Assembly (NCBI RefSeq): GCF_004376175.1 | Contig: NZ_SNUY01000105.1 | Span: 1 to 7,573 of the forward strand | DNA: 7,573 nucleotides | Reading direction: 5' to 3' | Origin: Halalkalibacterium halodurans | GTDB lineage: Bacteria; Bacillota; Bacilli; Bacillales; Bacillaceae_D | Shown: positions 1 to 6,537 of the stretch, in pieces | Layout: each line of letters starts with the position of its first letter | Numbering within the stretch: the first letter of the stretch is position 1 | Notes under the pieces: model-generated | Databases searched by the model: none | What the model was told of the DNA's origin: nothing | What the model saw: only the letters and a program-made list of their open reading frames with translations | Program-made: the position numbers and the translations under genes

Positions 1-1086
1 TTTAAAGTAAAGGGAAAGGTTATAGACCTGCCGTATTTGGTGCTTTCTTTTCCATACAGTAACGCATTCTTAGTTCAGGTGTTTGAAGCTGAAAATCAGG
101 AATGTTTCCTGGAGGGCTTAAAACGGTTCTTCCATCATCTGCAAGGAGTGCCAAAAAGGATTCGTTTTGATAATTTATCCCCCGCAGTAAAAAAGGTTTT
201 ACCACAAGGAAAACGCGAGCTTACTGAGGGTTTCAAGCGCTTCGCTTTGCACTACGGGTTTGAGTATGAATTTTGTAATCCGGGTGCCGGCAATGAAAAA
301 GGACATGTAGAAGCGATGGTTAAATATGCGAGGAATAATTTCTTCCTTCCGGAACGAACGGTATATCAGCTGGATAATTTGAATGATCGGTTATGGGAGG
401 AGGCAGAAAAGGATCGAAACCGTCCTCATTATGAAAAGAAACAAGAAATTGCCAGGCTGTTTGAAGAGGACAAAGAAGCGTTAATGTATTTACCGCCGGA
501 AGAATACTCTTGTGTACGCTATGAAACTCTCAAAGCAGACAAGTACGGCTATATCTTAGTAGATACGAAAAGGTATTCTACTTCCCCGCGCTTTGCCAAT
601 CAAAAGGTATTGGCTGGCATCACTTATAACAGGATAGATATCCTTTCGGACAACTATGAAGTGATTGTGAGCCATGAACGACTGTATGGAGAAGAATCAA
701 AGTCGATGAAATGGCAGCCTTATCTGTACCTAATGGCTAAAAGGCCGACGGCGCTAAAATATACAACTTTCTATGATCAACTGCCCTTTAAATGGCAAAC
801 TTATCTGGAGGAATGTACTCTGGAAGAAAAGAAAAAGGCGCTTCAGTTACTCTCAGACCTTCTTAAAGACCATAGTCTGGAGACAGCTACAGAGGCCCTG
901 GAAATTGCATCCGAGCGATGTCATCCATCCACAGAAACAATAAAGCAAGTCTTTCATCAGCTCATTCATGGCAGAGGCTCCAGAGAGACAGTAAGGCTAA
1001 AAAGTACAGTTCCAGTAATGCCAATAGCTGAACGAGGTATGAATCAATACGATGTCTTCTTCCAGCAGGAAAGGAGGAAGGCCTAA
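1..1086 (+). CDS. istA: IS21-family transposase IstA, 5'-partial (continues upstream of the window)
   Basis: Frame 1 has no stop in bases 1-36, so the listed ORF (37..1086) extends to the window edge. The translation FPYSNAF...ENQECFLEGLKRFF...RFDNLSPAV...NPGAGNEKGHVEA is the rve/DDE core of IS21 IstA proteins (D codon 169-171, E codon 310-312). A long helical C-terminal region follows. The TAA stop at 1084-1086 overlaps the istB ATG. Confidence 0.9.
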   Translation, partial: FKVKGKVIDLPYLVLSFPYSNAFLVQVFEAENQECFLEGLKRFFHHLQGVPKRIRFDNLSPAVKKVLPQGKRELTEGFKRFALHYGFEYEFCNPGAGNEKGHVEAMVKYARNNFFLPERTVYQLDNLNDRLWEEAEKDRNRPHYEKKQEIARLFEEDKEALMYLPPEEYSCVRYETLKADKYGYILVDTKRYSTSPRFANQKVLAGITYNRIDILSDNYEVIVSHERLYGEESKSMKWQPYLYLMAKRPTALKYTTFYDQLPFKWQTYLEECTLEEKKKALQLLSDLLKDHSLETATEALEIASERCHPSTETIKQVFHQLIHGRGSRETVRLKSTVPVMPIAERGMNQYDVFFQQERRKA

Positions 1087-1811
1087 TGCAGGAACAGATC
1101 CAAGAATATGCCAAGCGCTTAAAGCTAAGCTGGATTCGAGAGAACTACCGAGAGGTAGAAGCGGCGAACACAGAAGAATATTTACTGAAGCTCTTTGAAA
1201 AAGAAATAGAACAGCGTGAAGAACGAAAAATTAATCTTTTGTTCAAGGCGGCAACCCTGCCGAACGTATCCGGCAAACCTTTTGACTGGAAGGATATTCA
1301 GCTGGGGCAGGGGTTAAGTCAACAATCTCTCCTGGACGGTGAATTTATTGAATCAAAAGAAAACATGGTGTTTTATGGCGGCGTTGGTGCAGGAAAAACC
1401 TACCTTTCCACCCTCATTGGCATGAATGCGATACAAAAATATGGGAAACGAGTGAAGTTTTATACCATTGCTTCTCTAGCCAATGAGTTATTAGAGGCGA
1501 ATGACAAAGGAAATCTCAATAAGCTGTTTAAGAAAATCGAGAAGCTTGATCTTTTAATTCTGGATGAGCTGGGATATATACCGCTTCACAAACATGGGGC
1601 CGAGCTACTCTTCCAGGTCATCTCCTTGTGTTATGAAAAGCGGAGTATTATCATCACTACAAATCTGCAGTTTGGGCAATGGAATCATGTATTTGGCGAC
1701 CCTATTTTAACGGAAGCCGTGGTAGATCGCCTGATTCACCACTCTCATTTAGTGATTTTCGGAGGAGATAGTAACCGAATGAAAGAGTCATTCCTTTTGA
1801 ACAATATGTAA
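1086..1811 (+). CDS. istB: IS21-family helper ATPase IstB (AAA+/DnaC-like)
   Basis: 241 aa. Walker A GGVGAGKTY (1377-1403), Walker B LLILDELGY (about 1551-1577) and a IIITTN sensor-like motif are present. The C-terminal AVVDRLIHHSHLV is typical of IstB. The ATG at 1086 overlaps the istA stop, implying translational coupling. Confidence 0.93.
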   Translation: MQEQIQEYAKRLKLSWIRENYREVEAANTEEYLLKLFEKEIEQREERKINLLFKAATLPNVSGKPFDWKDIQLGQGLSQQSLLDGEFIESKENMVFYGGVGAGKTYLSTLIGMNAIQKYGKRVKFYTIASLANELLEANDKGNLNKLFKKIEKLDLLILDELGYIPLHKHGAELLFQVISLCYEKRSIIITTNLQFGQWNHVFGDPILTEAVVDRLIHHSHLVIFGGDSNRMKESFLLNNM

Positions 1812-1818
1812 GGAATAA

Positions 1819-3423
1819 GTGTTATTAAGTGGCTGCAAAAAGGCTTGCCGTTTTATGCATTTTTCTCTTGCCAAATACAGGATTTCATCAGGCTTTTATA
1901 CGAACACAAGAATCTATGATTTTTTTGAAACAGAATATGAAACGGCAATAGACTATATTGAAGCATATGATTTTTATTTAAGAGAATACAGCAGATTCAG
2001 CCCGCTTTATTATTCCATACAGTCAATTTCTTTTTATACGGATAATCCTAGTTTCATTTACGCCGGCGGTATACGTCCGCTGACAGAGCATACGAAAGAA
2101 GAAAAATGGTACAGGTTGTTAACGGAGGCTAATCATCCGATTATTATCAGGACTAATCCTGCTACGGACAGCGGGCTCTTCAGTGTCATAAGAGAGCTTG
2201 ATTATCACAAAAATAAATACAACCATAAAAAAATTGTCAGAATTGACCTGAATCCACTGACAATTAAACAGATTTTTAACAATGCTGCATTTACTGGTGA
2301 GGTTTATTTATTAAACGGCGAGAGGAATATAGAATTTTCCTCTAATGAGGAAGTCAACTGGAGAACAGAACAACTGCATTTTGATGCGCTTGAATTTCCT
2401 GAAGACACCATTTTCACAAAAGAAAGAATGCTTTCCCAGAATTACCTAGAAGGCTGGAGAGTGGCCGGGACAATCTCGGAAAATGAAATACTGGAAGAAC
2501 TTTATAAATCACGGGAGTTTATCGTGATTCTCGCCAGCATTAACCTGCTGTTCCCAACATTATTAATAGTCTTAATTTCTAAATCTATTCATTCGCGACT
2601 GCTGCGTGTATTAAAGCATATGAAGAGAATGAAAAAGCAAAAGTTTGACATTATTAATTTTCCTGGAGACAAGGATGAAATAGGAGAATTAACAAACGAG
2701 TTTAATAAGATGTCACAGACAATCAATCGATTAATTAATGAGGTCTATGCTAGCAATATTGAAAAGAAGGATCTCCAATTAAGGGAAAAGCAGGCCCAAC
2801 TGAGCGCTCTGCAAAGCCAGATTAATCCTCATTTTTTATTTAACGCCCTCGAAACGATCCGGATGAGGAGCATGATTAAAGGGGAGAAGGAAACAGCAAA
2901 AATAATCCAGAATATGGCGAAAATCTTCCGAAATTCCCTTACATGGGGGAAAGACTGGGTAACCGTACGGGACGAGCTTTGTTTAATTATCTGCTTTCTC
3001 GAGATACAAAAGTACCGGTTTGGGGATAAAATGGAATATGAACTTGATATTGATGAAGAAGCATACGATTATATTATTCCAAACATGGTATTTCTCCCCT
3101 TTGTAGAGAACGCAAGCATTCACGGAATAGAGTCCGTGAAAGAAAAAGGCATTATTCAAATAAGAGTTGAGAAAAACGATGGAGAAATAGTTTATGAGAT
3201 CAGTGATAATGGTGCTGGAATGGATGAAGAGAAATTAGCTAGCCTGATCGAGACTCTTAAAAATGAGGAAAGTATGGGAGAAAATGTTGGTATTAAAAAC
3301 GTTTATTACCGCCTGAAACTTCATTATAAAAATCATTTTGATTTTTCCATTAACAGCAGGCCTGGGCAAGGGACGAATGTACAAATAAAACTTCCTGCGG
3401 AGAAAAATAATATTTCAAAATAA
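1819..3423 (+). CDS. YesM-type sensor histidine kinase, N-terminally truncated by the IS21 insertion (chimeric 5' end; possibly a pseudogene)
   Basis: TM helix FIVILASINLLFPTLLIVLISKSI starts at 2518. A HAMP-like segment follows (DEIGELTNEFNKMSQTINRL). The PF06580 H-box is LQSQINPHFLFNALETI (His codon 2830-2832). HATPase_c carries the N-box ENASIHG (N codon 3109-3111), G1 DNGAGM (3205-) and G2 GVGIKNV. Only one TM helix is present, whereas this family has TM1-sensor-TM2. The first ~20 codons (GTG 1819 or ATG 1855 up to about 1879) lie in the IS right end and show no kinase-like sequence. Confidence 0.85.
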   Translation: MLLSGCKKACRFMHFSLAKYRISSGFYTNTRIYDFFETEYETAIDYIEAYDFYLREYSRFSPLYYSIQSISFYTDNPSFIYAGGIRPLTEHTKEEKWYRLLTEANHPIIIRTNPATDSGLFSVIRELDYHKNKYNHKKIVRIDLNPLTIKQIFNNAAFTGEVYLLNGERNIEFSSNEEVNWRTEQLHFDALEFPEDTIFTKERMLSQNYLEGWRVAGTISENEILEELYKSREFIVILASINLLFPTLLIVLISKSIHSRLLRVLKHMKRMKKQKFDIINFPGDKDEIGELTNEFNKMSQTINRLINEVYASNIEKKDLQLREKQAQLSALQSQINPHFLFNALETIRMRSMIKGEKETAKIIQNMAKIFRNSLTWGKDWVTVRDELCLIICFLEIQKYRFGDKMEYELDIDEEAYDYIIPNMVFLPFVENASIHGIESVKEKGIIQIRVEKNDGEIVYEISDNGAGMDEEKLASLIETLKNEESMGENVGIKNVYYRLKLHYKNHFDFSINSRPGQGTNVQIKLPAEKNNISK

Positions 3424-3447
3424 TAATGATTATTTCTGATTAACTTG

Positions 3448-3476
3448 AGGAAAGTATTGCTGATACTTTCCTTTTC
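3448..3476 (+). terminator. Candidate rho-independent terminator after the kinase gene
   Basis: Perfect 10-bp inverted repeat AGGAAAGTAT (3448-3457) / ATACTTTCCT (3463-3472) with a 5-nt loop TGCTG, followed by TTTC. The stem is AT-rich and the T-run is short, so predicted strength is moderate. Confidence 0.5.
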
Positions 3477-3576
3477 TGGCTCTTTCCTGTAAAAATAGTT
3501 TTCGAAACGTTACGACACATACTGACAGAACGGGGGATTTACTTACAAATTCATCTGTTTTTATACATCGGTGACA

Positions 3577-3596
3577 TGAAAAATTTCTGAAAAATT
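3577..3596 (+). repeat. Direct repeat TGAAAAATT x2 with 11-bp period; candidate regulator site
   Basis: TGAAAAATT occurs at 3577-3585 and 3588-3596, one helical turn apart and about 70-90 bp upstream of the candidate -10. The sequence is AT-rich, so chance occurrence is not excluded. Confidence 0.25.
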
Positions 3597-3603
3597 AAAC
3601 AAT

Positions 3604-3632
3604 AAACTATATATTTTTAAGTGAAAACTATA
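3604..3632 (+). promoter_or_regulatory. Direct repeat AAACTATA-N13-AAACTATA (21-bp period); candidate activator (AraC-type response regulator) site next to the -35 position
   Basis: AAACTATA occurs at 3604-3611 and 3625-3632, two helical turns apart. The proximal copy ends about 10 bp upstream of where a -35 would sit for the TATAAT at 3666. The -35 itself is poor, which suits an activator-dependent promoter. Confidence 0.3.
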
Positions 3633-3642
3633 GTTTACCTGG

Positions 3643-3671
3643 TCATGCAAAAAGCCTGTCAAAGCTATAAT
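3643..3671 (+). promoter_or_regulatory. Candidate sigma-A promoter of the ABC operon (consensus -10, weak -35)
   Basis: Perfect TATAAT at 3666-3671, 46 nt upstream of the ATG at 3717. The hexamer 17 bp upstream (3643-3648, TCATGC) is a poor match to TTGACA. No better -35/-10 pair was found in 3477-3716. Confidence 0.4.
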
Positions 3672-3684
3672 GAAAGTGCTTTCA
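3671..3684 (+). promoter_or_regulatory. cre-like CcpA operator
   Basis: TGAAAGTGCTTTCA differs from the idealised cre TGAAAGCGCTTTCA (consensus TGWAANCGNTNWCA) only at the central C (T here). The arms ATGAAAG/CTTTCAT are perfect inverted repeats. It starts at the last base of the -10, a position typical of repressing cre sites. Confidence 0.45.
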
Positions 3685-3716
3685 TAAATAAAAGGGATTG
3701 CGAGAGGGGATGTCCG

Positions 3717-5402
3717 ATGTTTAAGAAAAAGAGCTTGATTTTATCAATGGCAATGTCTTCGCTCTTAGTCGCTGCAGCATGTTCTAATGATGCTGCAACT
3801 GATGCACATGACCAGGACGAAAATAATGCAACTAATGACGCGGTTGAAGTGGAATTAGAGCCGGTTACTTACCACTATTTTAACGCCGGTGCTGCTGGGA
3901 AGGACCTCAACACGAACGAAACTTATATCGGAAAAATGCTTGAGGAAAAAACAGGAGTAAACTTCAAGGTGGAGCATCTTGTAGGGGACATCAATCAACG
4001 TACAGGTGTAATGATTGCCAGCGGTGATTATCCTGACGTTATCGTTCCTGACGCCGCTATAGATGCTTTATTAGATGCAGGAGCATTCATACCTTTAAAT
4101 GATCTTCTTGAAGAGCACGGGCCAAACCTGTTAGAAGCTTATGGCGATTACCTGCACATGTTTACACATGACGATGGAAACATCTACTACATTCCTTTCG
4201 GGGCTACTGTAAACGAGTTCCAGCCTAACCCGAACATTGACCAGGGTGCGTTCTGGATTCAGCGGGGGATTTTGAAAGAGTACGGTTTTCCTGAAATCAA
4301 CACATTAGATGAATATTTAGATATCATTACTCGATATGCGAAAGAAAATCCTGAGATTGACGGAATGAGAACCATTCCTTTCACCGGTTTAACGTATGAC
4401 TGGAGATTCTTCGCTTTTACTAACGTACCGAACCATCTTGCCGGTTATCCAAATGACGGTGGTGTAATGGTTGATATGGATACTCACGAAGCTTCTGTTT
4501 ACGCAGATTCTGAGTATGCGAAGAGATGGTTAAAAGCATTAAACGAACTTAATGCAGAAGGATTGCTGGATCAGGAAATGTTCGTTATGAACTATGATGA
4601 ATATTTAGAGAAGCTTTCTTCCGGACGCGTACTTGGATTCTTCGATTATGGATGGCAGTTCGGCACTGCAAGTAACGCATTAAGGGACGCAGGCAACCCG
4701 GACCGTGAGTATATGGCACTTCCAGTCGTATTTGATGAAGGCATTAAAGACCAGTATATTGATCCGCCGGCATTCACAGGGAACCGCGGTGTCGGTATTA
4801 CGGTTAATGCGGAAAATCCTGAGCGCATCATTCAGTTCTGGGATGAATTAATTAAAGAAGATAACCAGCGCTTAGTAATGTGGGGCATTGAAGGCGAGCA
4901 TTACAACGTTGACGAAAATGGACGCTTCTATCAAACGGAAGAACAGATAGAGATTGTAAACAACCAGAACTTCAGAGATGAATTTGGTATGACAACATTT
5001 GAATGGTCCTGGCCGCGTATTAACGGTACATTCTCTGACGGTAATGCAGTTGAAGCAAGAAGGCAGCCTGAAGTTGCTTTCGCTAGCTACAATGATGATG
5101 ATAAAGAATACCTTGAAGCATACGGAATCAGCACTTTTGCAGAATTGTTCTCCGAGCCTGACGAGCGCCCATGGTATCCTGCATGGAGTGCAAACATCGA
5201 GCAAGGCTCTCCACAGCAAATTTTCGAGGAGCGTGCTGATGAGATATTAAGAAGACACTATGCAAGAATCGTATTAGCAGATCCAGCGGACTTTGATAAA
5301 GAGTGGGACGATTTCGTTCAGGCATATAGAAGCCTTGATGTAGATGCTTATGAAAACTTCTTTACCGAAGTAGTCCAGGCGCGCGTAAGAGGCGAGTGGT
5401 AA
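3717..5402 (+). CDS. Extracellular solute-binding lipoprotein of a CUT1 sugar ABC transporter (large LplA/YtcQ-like type)
   Basis: The ATG at 3717 is preceded by the RBS GAGAGGGGA (3702-3710). The N-terminus MFKKKSLILSMAMSSLLVAAAC has a basic n-region, a hydrophobic core and a lipobox-like AAAC (Cys22), followed by an acidic linker (NDAATDAHDQDENN). The mature protein of about 540 aa has the size and composition of LplA-type oligosaccharide-binding proteins. The upstream GTG at 3621 has no RBS and would bury the signal peptide. Confidence 0.9.
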   Translation: MFKKKSLILSMAMSSLLVAAACSNDAATDAHDQDENNATNDAVEVELEPVTYHYFNAGAAGKDLNTNETYIGKMLEEKTGVNFKVEHLVGDINQRTGVMIASGDYPDVIVPDAAIDALLDAGAFIPLNDLLEEHGPNLLEAYGDYLHMFTHDDGNIYYIPFGATVNEFQPNPNIDQGAFWIQRGILKEYGFPEINTLDEYLDIITRYAKENPEIDGMRTIPFTGLTYDWRFFAFTNVPNHLAGYPNDGGVMVDMDTHEASVYADSEYAKRWLKALNELNAEGLLDQEMFVMNYDEYLEKLSSGRVLGFFDYGWQFGTASNALRDAGNPDREYMALPVVFDEGIKDQYIDPPAFTGNRGVGITVNAENPERIIQFWDELIKEDNQRLVMWGIEGEHYNVDENGRFYQTEEQIEIVNNQNFRDEFGMTTFEWSWPRINGTFSDGNAVEARRQPEVAFASYNDDDKEYLEAYGISTFAELFSEPDERPWYPAWSANIEQGSPQQIFEERADEILRRHYARIVLADPADFDKEWDDFVQAYRSLDVDAYENFFTEVVQARVRGEW

Positions 5403-5422
5403 TATTCACAAAAGCGTAAAAC

Positions 5423-5473
5423 AAAAGGGGCTGTGGCTAACCGAATACTGGTTAGACATAGCTTCCCTTTTTT
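5423..5473 (+). terminator. Intercistronic hairpin plus T-run between the binding-protein and permease genes (partial terminator / mRNA stabiliser)
   Basis: GCTGTGGCTAACC (5430-5442) pairs with GGTTAGACATAGC (5450-5462) around the 7-nt loop GAATACT, with one mismatch and one G-U. GGG (5427-5429) can pair with CCC (5465-5467) across a TT bulge. The upstream AAAA pairs with a T6 run at 5468-5473. Confidence 0.55.
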
Positions 5474-5509
5474 AATCAAGTTACGGAGTTCAACTGGGGA
5501 GGGATAACA

Positions 5510-6523
5510 ATGGCATTGCAGCAGACGCAATCATCTGCGCCGCCGGGACAAGCTTCATCGCCGGCACCGATTAAACAACCACCGAAAACACCGGCAGGGA
5601 AGCCGACAGGTATAAAGTTATTTTTTAAAAAATGTTATGAGCAAAAAGCTTTGCTCTTAATGAGTCTTCCGTTTTTAATCTGGTTAATCATTTTCAGATA
5701 CGTGCCATTGTATGGATGGTCCATAGCGTTCCAGGATTTCAGGCCTGCGCGCCCGATATTTGATCAGGATTGGGCTGGTTTTAAGCATTTTACATTTTTA
5801 TTTACAGACCCGCGGTTCTTTGAAGTATTAAGAAATACGTTAGCAATGAGTCTCATTAATCTGGTACTTGGTTTTGTAACCGCTATCGGCTTAGCCATTC
5901 TCCTTAACGAACTCAGAAACCTGACGTTTAAACGAGTAGTTCAGACGATCAGTTACATGCCGCACTTCCTTTCATGGGTAGTAGCAGCAGGGCTCGTATC
6001 GGCAGCTTTGTCTATTGAAAACGGAATAATCAATATTGTTCTTATGAAACTTGGTATGATCAGCGAGCCGATTATGTGGCTTGGAGTTGGTGAGTATTTC
6101 TGGGGAATTATTGGTGCATCGGATGTCTGGAAAAACGTAGGGTGGAACACAATTATTTACCTCGCAGCAATTACGATGATCGATACTGAACAGTATGAAG
6201 CTGCGGAAATCGATGGCGCCACCCGCTTGCAACGCATCTGGTATATTACTCTACCAGGCATGAGGCCGGTCATTGTTATCCTGTTAATCATGAACTTAGG
6301 CTATATTTTAGAATCAGGCTTTGAAGCGCAGTACTTGCTTATGAATCCAATGAACATGGACTTTGCGGAAAACCTAGATATATTTGTTTTACGCTACGGT
6401 ATTAATATGGGGAATTTCTCTTTAGCCACGGCAGCTGGAATATTTAAAACGGTGGTCAGCTTCATCTTCCTGTTCTCGGCAAACCATATTGCTAAGAGGC
6501 TTGGCGAAGCCAGACTATTCTAG
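5510..6523 (+). CDS. ABC transporter permease, LplB/YteP-like (BPD_transp_1) with a Pro/Ala/Ser-rich N-terminal tail
   Basis: RBS GGGGAGGG (5497-5504) lies upstream of the ATG at 5510. The protein has multiple TM helices. It carries the family segment LLMSLPFLIWLIIFRYVPLYGWSIAFQDF and the EAA-loop motif EAAEIDGATRLQRIWYITLP. Confidence 0.9.
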   Translation: MALQQTQSSAPPGQASSPAPIKQPPKTPAGKPTGIKLFFKKCYEQKALLLMSLPFLIWLIIFRYVPLYGWSIAFQDFRPARPIFDQDWAGFKHFTFLFTDPRFFEVLRNTLAMSLINLVLGFVTAIGLAILLNELRNLTFKRVVQTISYMPHFLSWVVAAGLVSAALSIENGIINIVLMKLGMISEPIMWLGVGEYFWGIIGASDVWKNVGWNTIIYLAAITMIDTEQYEAAEIDGATRLQRIWYITLPGMRPVIVILLIMNLGYILESGFEAQYLLMNPMNMDFAENLDIFVLRYGINMGNFSLATAAGIFKTVVSFIFLFSANHIAKRLGEARLF

Positions 6524-6537
6524 AGGGGGATCGCATC

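Larger units (their letters stand above)
1..1879 (+). mobile_element. IS21-family insertion sequence, 3' portion (left end is upstream of the window); right tip estimated at 1873-1890
   Basis: Canonical istA-istB pair with a 1-nt TAATG overlap. About 68 nt after the istB stop the open frame becomes recognisable histidine-kinase sequence. The stretch CTTGCCAAATACA ends in CA (1878-1879), the terminal dinucleotide typical of IS21-family ends. CTTGCC occurs twice subterminally (1844-1849, 1867-1872). The exact tip cannot be confirmed without the left inverted repeat. Confidence 0.8.

Noticed and set aside
20-205. 61-aa ORF on the minus strand
   Set aside because: It lies entirely antisense within the istA coding region. 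It has no RBS and no recognisable motifs, so it is a typical shadow ORF.
3500-3507. 8-bp palindrome TTTCGAAA, with a neighbouring AACGTT, in the intergenic region
   Set aside because: It is short and AT-rich, does not extend into flanking bases, and lies far (about 160 bp) from the candidate promoter. Chance occurrence is likely.
3522-3550. Alternative promoter CTGACA-N17-ACAAAT
   Set aside because: The spacing is right, but the -10 matches TATAAT at only 3 of 6 positions. The TATAAT at 3666 is the better candidate.
3621-3716. GTG-initiated 32-codon N-terminal extension of the binding-protein ORF
   Set aside because: No Shine-Dalgarno precedes 3621. The extension would cover the candidate promoter and cre box and bury the lipoprotein signal peptide. 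The ATG at 3717 has a strong RBS and a canonical signal peptide directly after it.
4646-5325. Four overlapping small ORFs (4646-4831 -, 4872-5219 -, 5128-5325 -, 4999-5250 +) inside the binding-protein gene
   Set aside because: All are nested in or antisense to a well-supported CDS. Their compositions are odd (Cys/Phe/Ile-rich), with no motifs and no RBS.
5348-5530. 60-aa minus-strand ORF spanning the intercistronic hairpin
   Set aside because: It overlaps the 3' end of the binding-protein gene, the hairpin and the permease start. It is best explained as a chance ORF.
5953-6232. Two minus-strand ORFs (65 and 86 aa) inside the LplB-like permease gene
   Set aside because: They are antisense shadow ORFs within a membrane-protein gene, with no independent support.
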